DNA of 64,000 bases from Candidatus Bathyarchaeota archaeon (GCA_963826715.1 CAWGYA010000002.1:416001-480000); one strand, 5' to 3'; shown: positions 40,057 through 50,896, numbered from the stretch's first letter. Made by a program: numbers and translations. The notes: generated from the letters alone by a model not told the origin.

Positions 40057-40989
40057 TTAGCACGCACACAAATCCCGAAATTCAGCTAAAGTACGCATGC
40101 ACTTAGCGTGTAATCCGTAGCCGGCAAAACTGGCGACATAGAATCTGAGATCAAACAACTCTGACTTTTCGTATTTGCCGATTTCAGGGTCACTGAGTAT
40201 CTTTTTTAGTTTTGGGCTACGCGGATTATGATTGGCAAGAATAAAGATCACTTCAGGCTTATTTTCAGGGTTAAGCTTTACCTTGGCATTACTCGTTCCC
40301 TTGTTGAAGCTTAGCAATCCGAGTTCATCTAGCTGATTGAATTGGCACTCCATAGTCTGTAAAAGATTGGCGTATTGCTTCTTGTCAGAGATGAACGCGT
40401 CCATATCTTTTAGATGCTTGAGCAATCCAGCGTCACCTCCAAGAGCGCCATCACCATATTTCATCTCAATCAAGGCTGCTCTGCATCTTTTTCCGGTTTT
40501 TCGGTCTTTCGCAAGCCAACGGATAGCGATAATATCAAATCGGGTAAGATGAGGTACAGTGACTTCGATATCGGACACGAAGTATTCGCTTTCATTTGAG
40601 ATTGAAGAATTATTGTTTTCCCTAGCCACCAGCTGTTGAAATTCCCGCTCCGTCGTCTTGCTTCCACTTGCGAAGTATTCGTCCATGATAGTTTTCCGTT
40701 CTGGGAGACAATCAATTAATTTCTGTGCATCAGCTTGATTAATGATATCTTTTTCTGGATTTGAGACACTTTGTCCTGATTTAGCGAAATTGACATCGAA
40801 GAAAGTTTGGTAGAAGTCGTCTCGTTCGGTGATTCTGAGGATGTTTCCGCCACGATAGTAGATGTTAATGTATCCTTCTCGAATGGCAAGCATGAGAGTA
40901 TGGTCTTTTTTTACTCGTTCAAGTATAGGATGAAGCTTACCTTCTTGTTTCAACAAATCGTTCATGAATTTTTCAGATAGTCCTCTCAT
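40057..40989 (-). CDS. PD-(D/E)XK-like nuclease of unknown family
   Basis: IREGYINIYYRGG, EREFQQ, FDIIA, IEMKYG. Confidence 0.7.
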   Translation of the reverse strand: MRGLSEKFMNDLLKQEGKLHPILERVKKDHTLMLAIREGYINIYYRGGNILRITERDDFYQTFFDVNFAKSGQSVSNPEKDIINQADAQKLIDCLPERKTIMDEYFASGSKTTEREFQQLVARENNNSSISNESEYFVSDIEVTVPHLTRFDIIAIRWLAKDRKTGKRCRAALIEMKYGDGALGGDAGLLKHLKDMDAFISDKKQYANLLQTMECQFNQLDELGLLSFNKGTSNAKVKLNPENKPEVIFILANHNPRSPKLKKILSDPEIGKYEKSELFDLRFYVASFAGYGLHAKCMRTLAEFRDLCAC

Positions 40990-42237
40990 TTACAGTTCCC
41001 ACCATTCACCATCATCGTGCACTTCAACATTAGAAAAAATTTCGTTATAACGTTTTGGAAAGAAAGTGTGTATCGGAACAACCTTTGCGGGATTGATTGC
41101 TTCGACGATTTTCTTTAGGTCTTTGAGGCTTGCATGTCCCGAGGTGTGAATGCTGATCTTTGGGATAGCATTTTTTTCTAGCCATTCTTTTAGTTTCTTG
41201 TATGAGTCTTGTTCCCAATAGCCTTCCCATTGAGAATAAATGTAAGCAGCCCCCTCCAAGCAATTGCCTAGTTCAAGATCGCGGCAATGCAGAGGTCGGA
41301 AAAGTAAAACCGATTTATCCCTTGTTTCTCGTAAGTTTTCAACGAAAATTCTTTTTGCTGCATGGTGCTTTAGCAGATCAAACCAGGCGTTTTCTTTAAT
41401 CTGGATGCGTTGTGCTTGGGGAACGAAAAGCGCAACGTCTGGCCAGTTGGATTGTGGAATGTTTGGGTTGCCGGTTGCTTCCAGAATGGCAGCGGTGTAG
41501 AGGTCGATGATTAGTTTTCTTCCTGTTCGTTTGCAAGCTCGTATGATAGAGACGACACGGTCAATATTTTGGGCTGATGCGTGAACTAGAACCAAACCTT
41601 CAGTTTTTGAGAAGGCTTGCACAAGTTGTGCTTCAATATCTGATTCTGTTGGAAATTGTTGGTCGTCTTTGAGTCTTCCAAGTGAAGATCCTTCCAAAAG
41701 TAGTGCATTTATATTCTTGGGAGGATTTTTAATCAGATTCTCTACCAAAACCGCTTTGCGACCATGAATGCGCAAATCACCGCTGTAGAAGAGGCGTTTT
41801 CCCCCACTTTCGATTAAGAGGGCATATGCGTCATAAGCAGCGTGGTCAACGAGAAAGGGGGTTATTTGAAAGGGACCAACATCAAAGCTTTGTTCCGATT
41901 TGAAATCCCAGCCCTTTGCGGGAATAGGCCAGTTGCCCGGCAAAAAAGGAGCTGCTGCCGTTAGGATTCGGCGAGCCGCGGATCCCATTCCCACTGGAAT
42001 TTTCGGGGAGATATGAGTTAGCAATCCAAAATGGTCAAGGTGGGGATGGGAAATAAGGATACCCAGTAACGATGGATCGCTACTGTCTAATCCGACGATA
42101 TCAGGTAAATACTGGACACTATTGTTTTCTGCATCCAGCGGTAAGCCCAAATCAATAAGCAGCCGCTGACCAAAGTTTTCCACTTCAACACAGCTGCCTC
42201 CAATTTGTTTACTCCCACGATGAATACATACTCGCAT
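40990..42237 (-). CDS. RNase J-like MBL/beta-CASP metallo-hydrolase
   Basis: IGGSC, DLG, SHPHLDH, DH, YSGDLR, LEG, HTSGHA, PIH; likely start ATG 42237. Confidence 0.88.
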   Translation of the reverse strand: MRVCIHRGSKQIGGSCVEVENFGQRLLIDLGLPLDAENNSVQYLPDIVGLDSSDPSLLGILISHPHLDHFGLLTHISPKIPVGMGSAARRILTAAAPFLPGNWPIPAKGWDFKSEQSFDVGPFQITPFLVDHAAYDAYALLIESGGKRLFYSGDLRIHGRKAVLVENLIKNPPKNINALLLEGSSLGRLKDDQQFPTESDIEAQLVQAFSKTEGLVLVHASAQNIDRVVSIIRACKRTGRKLIIDLYTAAILEATGNPNIPQSNWPDVALFVPQAQRIQIKENAWFDLLKHHAAKRIFVENLRETRDKSVLLFRPLHCRDLELGNCLEGAAYIYSQWEGYWEQDSYKKLKEWLEKNAIPKISIHTSGHASLKDLKKIVEAINPAKVVPIHTFFPKRYNEIFSNVEVHDDGEWWEL

Positions 42238-42519
42238 GATGTTTCTTTCCACTAAATTACTGAATGATTAATTATATTTGTTTACTGAAGTGATTTGCTC
42301 GCGTGTTATATTTTTCTGAGTTCAAAGAATAAAATTCCAAAAACATTGGAAAAACGCCCAATTTTTGCAGCAAAATACGCTTGATAAACGCTTGGATTAG
42401 CTGAAGCGCAACGAAAACGGCTTAAACTCACTGAAAAATTCCAAGAAGTAACCGTGAAATTTCACTACTACTGCCCTATCACCTGACCTATTTAGTTGAT
42501 AGGTCCTCATGCGCTTGCG

Positions 42520-45500
42520 TTAGGTTAATCCAAGTCTGCCGAGTCTGACTCTGATTTCGGTTCTTCGTCTTTGATGTTTTTGAGCAATTTCTCTAATAGT
42601 AAGATTTTGTTTGTATTCAGCGATTAGATCTTGCACTTCTGCCTCTGTCCAATTTTCATAAGCTCTGTCATAGTTAGGTCTAACTTTTTGAGGAGAATCC
42701 TTGGTTACCCAAAGGTTCCGGTTATCCACTTCAGTTACTCTAAAGAAAACAGCCACTCCCGTCTTCTCTGAAACATTAACCAAGTATTTTTCAGCGGCAA
42801 CAAGCTTGTCAAGTTTACGTCTGTCTTTCTGACTCTCCGCAAAATTCAGGTTAGTTGCTTTCCGTCTTATTTGAAATGCAGCTTTGATTTCGTTTCCTTC
42901 TTTCCAAATAACGCTGATAAATCGCTTATAGCCATCGTTAAAAAGATTAAGAGCTTCATATTCAGTATAAGCCTTAAAACCTAAATCTTGTCCGATTTGC
43001 CAAATTCTTCGTTCTGCATTCAATCTAACTTCTTTTCCGGGTTGGACTTTGCCGAAGGCTTTGACGAGATTTGTTGGATTTGAGATGTCGGTTTTTTGGA
43101 GTCTAATAAAAGATTCTCCGGATACATTAGGTTGGTTTTCAGGTTTGGTGTTTTCTGAGATTACTCTGATAGTGGGCTTTTGCTCAGAGTTCGATAGTCT
43201 GCTGTTGGTGTTTTGGTTAGCTAGGTATTCTTTGATTATACTGTCTATACCGAAGTTTCTTATCAGTTGTGCAACTGTCTTTTTTGCTCTGAATGCAATC
43301 ATGCTTTCTGCTGATTCGAATTGAGCCAAGATATTCAGACTGCCATAATATATCACCGAATTGTCAACAAGTGCAAGTTTGAAGTGAAATTTGTCAAATT
43401 CTTCAAATCCTAATTCTTTTGACGCGAAAATGATTTTAACATTATTTGTTAGAAGATCGTCGACTACTTCGCTTTTTGTTTTTCTGGCTATGATATAGAT
43501 TGGAACACCTTTTTGGGAAATGTTATGAAAATCAGCAAGTAGGGTTTCAACTCTTTTTCTTGATATGAACGGGCTGAAAATCACGATTCTTGATTTTGCT
43601 CTTTTCATATCTTCTAGAAAAGCTTGATAAAAGTTTGTTTGATCGTAGATCGCGAAGTTTGAACCCGTAATGATCTTTGTTTGATCTGAGGACGTATTGT
43701 CTCCATTCGACCAACAACCAGTAATGCTTGAATCTACGATTTCACCCTTAGCTCTTATTTGTTCGAGCACCTGTGGGATTGCATCGTTTACTCCGAAGTT
43801 CTTGTCTATGTATTCGCTGTTTCCCACTAAGAAGAATTTTCCCATTGCTCTAGATATTGCTACGTTTATTAAGCGTCCTGGCTCTGAGCGTCTAAAAGGC
43901 CCTTGTGTCAGTAGTCCTGGGCTCAAAGGTTTTCCTTCGACGAGGTCGAATATTATGCAGTCCCTTTCGCTACCTTGAAAGCGGTGTATAGTTGAAGCTA
44001 CAATTTGTGTTGGATCTGCATCATTGTCGTATAGTATCCTAGATATGAGTTTTGCTTGGGCACTATATGGTGTAACAACTCCAACTTTGATTTTGAGACC
44101 TTTTTTTGATGCTTCTTGAACGCATTTCAGAGCTAAATTTGCTGAAACAACTGCAGAGTAAGGACTAATTCTGGAGAAGGAGTTCTTTGGTCTCGCTATG
44201 TAAGGATCAGTTGTGGCAGTATCGCAAAATATTAGAGCTTTATCTTCAAATGGGGGTAATTTTGCAAATTGCTCTTTTAGAACCGCAACATTTTCTGGAG
44301 TTTTGAGTTTTCCATCATATACAACTTCACTAATCAAGTTGCAGATAGAAGGGTGCATTCGGTACTGTTCTCTTAACATGACAAGTCTTTCATCATCTCT
44401 GTTGGAATCTACACGTTCCAATATTCCAGCTTGTGAAAATATGTCTCTTTTTAGCCATTTTTGAACGGCAGGAGTTCTGCCTTGGGCTATGGGAGAGAGC
44501 TGCCTGAAATCTCCAGAAATTACATAATGGCTTGAGCATAAGCCCGCTAAGTAGAAAATATTCGGTAATGGAGCCATACTGGCTTCGTCAACGATTAGGA
44601 CATCAAATTTTTCTTTGATTATTGATTGATCAATACATGCTCGAGCGATCGTTGTAGCTATGACAAGCTTTTCTTTTAGGATGGTTTTTTGTGCTTCCGC
44701 TAGATTTCGCTGAAGATTGCTTACTTCATTTTCACGGTTTTGATTCTTTTGTAAAAGATCCGCTTTCTTTTTTCGGATTAAGTCAATTGTTAGTATTTCG
44801 CCACTTTGTTGGTCAACTTTAGTGTTTGTTTTAATTCTAGCAGTAATTATTTTCTGCTCCTGAATGAGAGAATAAAAAGTTTTTTCAAAGCTCAGTAATT
44901 CAAGTTGAGAGATCTTGTACTTATTTTCATACGTCTTAATGTCATTCTCAATATTTTCTTTTCTGATCCCTGAAAAAATTCTTTTTAAGACACTCGCATT
45001 TTTCGCGGATTCTAACATTTGACAAGAAGTCGATAATAGTTCCTTGAACTGTTCTTGATTTTTCTTTGCAGTTTCAATTTTACTTCGGACAATTTCTATA
45101 TTCATTTGAGTTTTTCTTAAATCACTATTTAATTCTTTTAAAAGTAAATCGTTCGAAACAATGTTTTTCTCTTGTTCATTGTATACGACAATTTTTTGGG
45201 TATCAAGATCTATTTCTTTTTGTATGCTTGCAATAATATTTTTGGTATGTTCGTTTCTTTTTTCGGCGATGACTTTTGGAATTAGTAAAGTCATTCTTTC
45301 GTCTTCAAGCGAGGGATTGCCTAATCGAATTATCTTCCCTTGTTGAATAAAAGAATCATTCTCCTTATTGTCGAGGAATTTTCGGAGTATTTCGTCAACA
45401 GCTGCATTAGTATTAGCTGTAAGTAGTACTTTTTTTCCTGCTGCAATGAGAAGCCCAAGAATAAATGCCAAGGTTTTCGTTTTTCCAGTACCTGGAGGTC

Positions 45501-46104
45501 CCCAAATGAATGTGATCTCTTGACTCAAAGCTTTCCGAATAGCAATTTCTTGTTCACAGTTGGGCTTAAAGGCAACCAACTTTTGTTCACTGAATGATAT
45601 TGGCGTAAAATAGTCAGGTTGATCGAAGCCGAAAAGTTTCATGCTTCCATCTATGTTTATTGCAAATTCTCCGGACTTGATATTTGCAAGCTTGATGTTT
45701 AGTTTCTCAAGTAGGAAAAAAGAGGAATCTTCAAGGGTTGCTTCTTCTATGTACTCTCCTCGGTCAATTTCTAATGCAACATTGATATTTTCTTTGTCAG
45801 CCGAATCAAGTCTTCCAAAAATCTCCTCACCGTTAATTTTAACTGTCAATTCGGTTTGTGGTTTGCGTTTGAACCAGTCATCGACATCGTCTGATGAAAA
45901 TTTGTAAACGTTTACCATATTACTTCTGAAAATTCTGTGGCCATCATATACCTCTGTTTTTCTGCCAGCATTTTGCCTTTTTAACTCTCCGATCTCATCT
46001 ATCAAAGCAGTCTGGAATTCCGAAATCAGAACATTAGGATCAAAAGAGCCAGAAGCCGCAGCTCCCCAGCTCATTCTAGATGTATCGTGATCTTGAACAC
46101 CCAA
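42520..46104 (-). CDS. SF1B (Upf1/DNA2-like) helicase fused to PLD domain; Mokosh type II MkoC-like
   Basis: GPPGTGKT, DEAS, GDFRQL, QYRM, FQGSE, NVAISRA; HFK-x4-D...GSLN; coiled-coil insertion. Confidence 0.8.
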   Translation of the reverse strand: MGVQDHDTSRMSWGAAASGSFDPNVLISEFQTALIDEIGELKRQNAGRKTEVYDGHRIFRSNMVNVYKFSSDDVDDWFKRKPQTELTVKINGEEIFGRLDSADKENINVALEIDRGEYIEEATLEDSSFFLLEKLNIKLANIKSGEFAINIDGSMKLFGFDQPDYFTPISFSEQKLVAFKPNCEQEIAIRKALSQEITFIWGPPGTGKTKTLAFILGLLIAAGKKVLLTANTNAAVDEILRKFLDNKENDSFIQQGKIIRLGNPSLEDERMTLLIPKVIAEKRNEHTKNIIASIQKEIDLDTQKIVVYNEQEKNIVSNDLLLKELNSDLRKTQMNIEIVRSKIETAKKNQEQFKELLSTSCQMLESAKNASVLKRIFSGIRKENIENDIKTYENKYKISQLELLSFEKTFYSLIQEQKIITARIKTNTKVDQQSGEILTIDLIRKKKADLLQKNQNRENEVSNLQRNLAEAQKTILKEKLVIATTIARACIDQSIIKEKFDVLIVDEASMAPLPNIFYLAGLCSSHYVISGDFRQLSPIAQGRTPAVQKWLKRDIFSQAGILERVDSNRDDERLVMLREQYRMHPSICNLISEVVYDGKLKTPENVAVLKEQFAKLPPFEDKALIFCDTATTDPYIARPKNSFSRISPYSAVVSANLALKCVQEASKKGLKIKVGVVTPYSAQAKLISRILYDNDADPTQIVASTIHRFQGSERDCIIFDLVEGKPLSPGLLTQGPFRRSEPGRLINVAISRAMGKFFLVGNSEYIDKNFGVNDAIPQVLEQIRAKGEIVDSSITGCWSNGDNTSSDQTKIITGSNFAIYDQTNFYQAFLEDMKRAKSRIVIFSPFISRKRVETLLADFHNISQKGVPIYIIARKTKSEVVDDLLTNNVKIIFASKELGFEEFDKFHFKLALVDNSVIYYGSLNILAQFESAESMIAFRAKKTVAQLIRNFGIDSIIKEYLANQNTNSRLSNSEQKPTIRVISENTKPENQPNVSGESFIRLQKTDISNPTNLVKAFGKVQPGKEVRLNAERRIWQIGQDLGFKAYTEYEALNLFNDGYKRFISVIWKEGNEIKAAFQIRRKATNLNFAESQKDRRKLDKLVAAEKYLVNVSEKTGVAVFFRVTEVDNRNLWVTKDSPQKVRPNYDRAYENWTEAEVQDLIAEYKQNLTIREIAQKHQRRRTEIRVRLGRLGLT

Positions 46105-46266
46105 AGCGTTGACGCCGATTACAATTAGCTGGTATGTGTATAAATAACTTAAGAATCTTAAGTCACAATATACTGAAAAAGTTAATTACTTTTACTAATT
46201 TCTCGGCGTGAAACGGTATTTTGGGTATCAAAAACAATTAAATAAATACGGTCTGATCTTCAGTCC

Positions 46267-46413
46267 TCAAATACCTTCATCGTCAAAAAAGAGATCCTCG
46301 GAATCCTGATTATCGCCAGAATCGCCTATTTCGTCGAATCTTAAAGTACCACAGAATTCGCACGCTACCGATTCCTCTTTGTTTTCGTGTCCACAGTTCT
46401 TGCAAGGCCACAT
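46267..46413 (-). CDS. RanBP2-type zinc finger with acidic tail (48 aa, absent from ORF track)
   Basis: MWPCKNCGHENKEESVACEFCGTLRFDEIGDSGDNQDSEDLFFDDEGI; exact W-x-C-x2-C-x3-N-x6-C-x2-C. Confidence 0.75.
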   Translation of the reverse strand: MWPCKNCGHENKEESVACEFCGTLRFDEIGDSGDNQDSEDLFFDDEGI

Positions 46414-46489
46414 AATGATCCCATTTTGTCATTTGATTATGTACGCTTTTACACCTTGTATAACAAAGCAGGTCTCTCTTAATAAGGAG

Positions 46490-49400
46490 CTAAACGCCGG
46501 TTTCGGTCTCGGGCTCTGAAGTTTTCTTAAGATGAACCACACTTTTCTTGCCCTTGAGATAACTTAGTCTAACTTTGAATCTCGTTGGTTCCCCAAGGAG
46601 GTTGTTGTACGGTTCTGATATAATAATGATACCAGGCTCTTTGCCGCTCGACTTAGCTAAATTTGTGACCCTATACAGATAGAACGCCTTGTTTTCGGCT
46701 GAAGTTCTGGCAGCGTCCCACTCGGTGGCGGTCATCTCGATTACTTGGACTTCCCCCCTTGAAGATTTGACTTCAATACGCCTCTCCTCCTTTTCGCACT
46801 TTGATAAGAGGTCAAAGCCACATTTTTCTTTCTCCTTGGATTCAACATTGGGTGTACACCCGTGTTCTTTATTGTGCCTCCATCTCTCGTACTTCTCAAC
46901 GCACTTTATTCCAGCTTGGTCGATCCGACTTCGTTCTTCTTTGTTTGTCACATGTGCCGGCTGTGACTGCCCTCCGCCTGAGCCGCCACAGTGTGGCGCT
47001 TGCGTGGCGGAGTTGGGTTGTACCTCTTCAATATCTCCAAATTCCAGCTCACCAGGAGACCAAAGCTCGAGCACTACTGGCTGAGAGGGGGTCACTGTTG
47101 TTTGTTGGACTGCGGGCGGTTCAGAAGTTGCAGTAGGTTGATGTTCTGTTTTCTCCGAAGCCCCTTGAACCTGGAGAGTAACTTCTGGCGCTTTCTCGAA
47201 CGATTGATGTCTCAGCAGCTCTCTCATCCGCCTTATTTCACTCTCAAATATGCCAACTCTTTGAAGAATGCTTGGCCGCTGTTCTTCTTTTGCTTGTGTA
47301 AGCAGTATGAATGAATCCGCGAGATCAATGTCGAGATAACTGGCGATACAGTTACCTATCTCGCTCGCTAGATGAGCGTTTCCCTGTATCGATGACAAGT
47401 CCTTCGCTCCGAACTTTGAAACATCAACGTAAAGCACATTTTTTGTTTCATCAAGATAAACTCCTCCACTGGAAATCTCAGTTAATGAATTTTCTGCAAG
47501 TGTCAAGGTATAGGATACCCTTAATGACTTTAGTGCCTTTGTCGTAAGCCTTCTCAACAGGGAGGCATCCTCTTTCTCCTTACTCGGTCTTTGCTTGTTA
47601 ACCCTTGCTAGAACGTAGGGTTTCAATTCGGTAAGCAAGGTCTGAAGCAAGACTGAAGCCGAATCATCCTCATCACCCAGCTCGACGTTCGACTCGACGC
47701 TGTCATCTAGCATTTTTATTTCGAATATTCTCTTTATTGCGGCTCCCTTATTCTCGTCGTTCTTAATTGAAAACATCGGCAATTTAGGCCCGAACAGACG
47801 TCCAGTCTCTTCACTTTTTGAATACCAAACATCATCCCTTTCTTCAAACTGGTACGAACCGTTTCTCTGGACTAGCAGTTTTCCATTCTCCATGAATTCC
47901 CTCTGAGGTTCGCTATCTTCTTCTATTCCTTTCGTCTTCAGGATTTCTCTGTAGATTGGGTTTATAACCTCAGGGTCTGGAGGAAATAATCGTGGTATGT
48001 CTATTGCAATTCTCCACCAATCATCGGGGGACACCATATCCAAGCTGTTTCTTACGCCAAGCCTAAGAATGAAGGAAGTAGTGTCCTTTTCCTCAACGTA
48101 TATATATGGAACTAGGTCGCCGAGTTTGTCAAAGACTGACTTGGATTTCAGAAACATTTCTGAGGGTTTTCGGAAACTCCATATAACATAGTTGGATGCG
48201 GGCAGCCAGTTTGTATTCTTAAGCCTCCAGTAGAAGTACGACGTTATTCTTGAATCCTTCCAATACCACTCTCGTGAGTTTTTCCACTGGATATCGCATT
48301 CGCTAAAATGTGAATAATAGTTGTCCCAATTTGAAGCTATAACTGAAAGAATTCTCAGGCATTTTACGGGGTCTGTTATCACTTGATCGAATCTGTCTAG
48401 ACACCAGGATGTTGATAGACGCACGCTATCCTTCGACAAAGGGCTATCGCCTAATTTAACGTGTTCTTGATAGACTGACTCTGTATAATTTTCCCAGAAA
48501 GGCAAACTTGAGTGCGGACTTCCCGAACAATGGCCGCCATACCAGTCGTGATAGTAGCGTTCAGTAAATGGTTCATATTCAGGAATAATCCGGGGAAGCC
48601 ATGAAACGCCCAGCCATTGGTAGAACTTTCCCCAGTCCTGTTTGTCCTCGTCGGTCATTCCCCTGTACGGGCCACTCAAGAAGTTTGACTCCCCATAAAT
48701 GAACTCCAAGTTGTCGTTGTTTGTCCATTCTCTGGAGGCATACACAGAATACGCCGGAGCATATTTTTTGTCCCCCGTGATTGGCACTGGCATTAAACAT
48801 TTTGCCTTGATTCTGGCATCTTCAGGTAAATCGTCGTGAAGCAAAGTCTGCATGAATTCCAGTAACTTCTCTGGTTCAAAAAGTGCTTGTTCTGGCCATT
48901 TTTTCCAAAATTCCTTTATTGCAGGAATTACTGTTTTGGCTATTAAAGAAATAGCTCCATACTCATCTATATTTAGTACTTGGTAAAGAAATGTCCCTCT
49001 TATTGTTAGGGATGTCATCTTTCTGTATTCCTCAACAGCTTTGCCATCAAGAAAACGTAGTTTCAAATCACGAGGAGGCATGGGAGCATTTCCCGATGGT
49101 GGGAAGAAAATTGGGATTTCTGTGGTCGATTCCGGGCTAGCTTGAGAATTGTCCGACAAGAGCAGAAGATTTCTTTTCTTTATTTCGCTGACGAAATTGT
49201 TGTCTTTAGAGGAGTCCACGGCCTTTAGGTAGTTGTGAACCTTGTCAAGAACGGAGTAAGTGGTCGCTACCCACTCGACCTCAGATTTGAAAGAGCTTTC
49301 AAGTAATTCAGGGAGTTCCAACACGTTAAACTGGCATGCACCCATCTTTTCAAGCAAATAACGTCTTTTTTCATTTGAGTCTATGGAGTCATAACACAAT

Positions 49401-50791
49401 CGTGCAGCATAATCTCCTAGAAAAACCGACTTTAGTAATTCTATGTCAGTTTTCAGAGGTGAGATCAATACATAATCCGGTGCTAATGTCTTAGTATTGT
49501 TACGGTTAGGTACGAATGGAAATGAAGAGAGGGTCTCTACAATACGGTTCCACAATGCCTGTTCTATAGTCGAGACATTCGATTCTGCTGGGGGACAAAT
49601 GAAATCCAGTATTTGCCCAGGCTCCTCGATGTTTCTACTGATTGCTGAAAGCACTTTGTCTCTAAACAGCTCTGCTGTTTTGGTTAAGGCAAATTCATTC
49701 AAAAAGTCATCCTGCACTAGCAAACGCCGGTCCACGTTAGTTCTAAAGGTTCCGTGAAGAAGCATTTGGAATGGCGTTCTTTCTTGTGTGGGGAAAAAAA
49801 CGTGGAGTAATTGTGGTCCCGACAGTGGTGCATATTTTTCTTTGGAATCTAAAGCAATAGCAAAGGAGATTTTAACGGACTCTGTGTCCTTCCACATGAC
49901 TGGAAGTTTTTCCCTTATTTCCGCAGGCAATGCAAAAGTTCCGCTGATAAGTTGCCATTGGGTTAAAGTGTCTCCGTCGTTTACGCTGGATCTTTCTTCT
50001 TCAAAAATTGTTCTGTTATCCGTCTCTTTGCTAACTTGAGCTTTTGAGATAGTATATATTCTGTCAGAATCATCAACAATTATTTTCACATTGGTAATAT
50101 TATTCATGAAAAGAACCATTGACGCGTTGATGTCACTAATTTTTTGCATTACAACCTGTTTCGCATTATCACTTGAAAAAGGGAACCTGAAGACGGTGGC
50201 AGACGTGCTTAGCAGACTAGCAAGCGTAGCGTCGGCGGCCACCTCTTTCTCAAAATCCAGCAGATGGGGTAGTCTCAAAATAGGGACCTGACCGTCATTC
50301 TTGTAGGTGCTGAGGGCTTTTAGGGAGTCTGGCGCTTGGGACTTTAAAAAAGCCAGAGTTTTCTCTCTAGAAAACGAAACAGCATTATTATGCCAAAAAA
50401 TCTCTGGTTTATCCGTGAATGATAGCACTGACTTGAAACCGATCCCCTTGAAACCTATTACTGGCGTGTTCTTTCTCTTGGGACTGAGGAAGGCTCTGCA
50501 TATGGATTCCAACCCCTCATTAGAAATTGGATAGCCCCCATTTGCACAATATAGAAATTTTTCCGTGACTTCAAAGATAATCTGGGGCTGGCCGAAATAA
50601 TCCGAGTTTAACGAATTCTCTGAAATCTGGGCATCATCAGCATTCTGCAGGAGTTCAAGAATGAACCGTCCCTGTTCGCTCTCCACAAGATTCACCTCGG
50701 TCCTTGCATCCTCAACAAGCCTCTTAGGTGATTGTATGTATTCCTTTGTGATTTCCGAGGCTATCTTTTCTATGTAGGCCTTTTCAATCAT
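46490..50791 (-). CDS. sacsin/NO VEIN-like GHKL ATPase with C-terminal DUF3883 nuclease; Tiamat-like
   Basis: ELLQNADD, NGG, IGFKGIGFKSV; GFDLLS...IEVKSS...MTATEW; likely start ATG 50791. Confidence 0.82.
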   Translation of the reverse strand: MIEKAYIEKIASEITKEYIQSPKRLVEDARTEVNLVESEQGRFILELLQNADDAQISENSLNSDYFGQPQIIFEVTEKFLYCANGGYPISNEGLESICRAFLSPKRKNTPVIGFKGIGFKSVLSFTDKPEIFWHNNAVSFSREKTLAFLKSQAPDSLKALSTYKNDGQVPILRLPHLLDFEKEVAADATLASLLSTSATVFRFPFSSDNAKQVVMQKISDINASMVLFMNNITNVKIIVDDSDRIYTISKAQVSKETDNRTIFEEERSSVNDGDTLTQWQLISGTFALPAEIREKLPVMWKDTESVKISFAIALDSKEKYAPLSGPQLLHVFFPTQERTPFQMLLHGTFRTNVDRRLLVQDDFLNEFALTKTAELFRDKVLSAISRNIEEPGQILDFICPPAESNVSTIEQALWNRIVETLSSFPFVPNRNNTKTLAPDYVLISPLKTDIELLKSVFLGDYAARLCYDSIDSNEKRRYLLEKMGACQFNVLELPELLESSFKSEVEWVATTYSVLDKVHNYLKAVDSSKDNNFVSEIKKRNLLLLSDNSQASPESTTEIPIFFPPSGNAPMPPRDLKLRFLDGKAVEEYRKMTSLTIRGTFLYQVLNIDEYGAISLIAKTVIPAIKEFWKKWPEQALFEPEKLLEFMQTLLHDDLPEDARIKAKCLMPVPITGDKKYAPAYSVYASREWTNNDNLEFIYGESNFLSGPYRGMTDEDKQDWGKFYQWLGVSWLPRIIPEYEPFTERYYHDWYGGHCSGSPHSSLPFWENYTESVYQEHVKLGDSPLSKDSVRLSTSWCLDRFDQVITDPVKCLRILSVIASNWDNYYSHFSECDIQWKNSREWYWKDSRITSYFYWRLKNTNWLPASNYVIWSFRKPSEMFLKSKSVFDKLGDLVPYIYVEEKDTTSFILRLGVRNSLDMVSPDDWWRIAIDIPRLFPPDPEVINPIYREILKTKGIEEDSEPQREFMENGKLLVQRNGSYQFEERDDVWYSKSEETGRLFGPKLPMFSIKNDENKGAAIKRIFEIKMLDDSVESNVELGDEDDSASVLLQTLLTELKPYVLARVNKQRPSKEKEDASLLRRLTTKALKSLRVSYTLTLAENSLTEISSGGVYLDETKNVLYVDVSKFGAKDLSSIQGNAHLASEIGNCIASYLDIDLADSFILLTQAKEEQRPSILQRVGIFESEIRRMRELLRHQSFEKAPEVTLQVQGASEKTEHQPTATSEPPAVQQTTVTPSQPVVLELWSPGELEFGDIEEVQPNSATQAPHCGGSGGGQSQPAHVTNKEERSRIDQAGIKCVEKYERWRHNKEHGCTPNVESKEKEKCGFDLLSKCEKEERRIEVKSSRGEVQVIEMTATEWDAARTSAENKAFYLYRVTNLAKSSGKEPGIIIISEPYNNLLGEPTRFKVRLSYLKGKKSVVHLKKTSEPETETGV

Positions 50792-50896
50792 TTTAGTCAA
50801 CAAATTGATATTGACACCAAATTGATTTAAAACTTGCACAAAGAGCATTTGCTATTGTTTCTTTCTTTAGTCAAGTTTAGGTCTCTCCACTTCTAT

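Noticed and set aside
40990-42252. Housekeeping RNase J or aCPSF
   Set aside because: Lacks the C-terminal/KH domains and sits coupled to a nuclease inside the island
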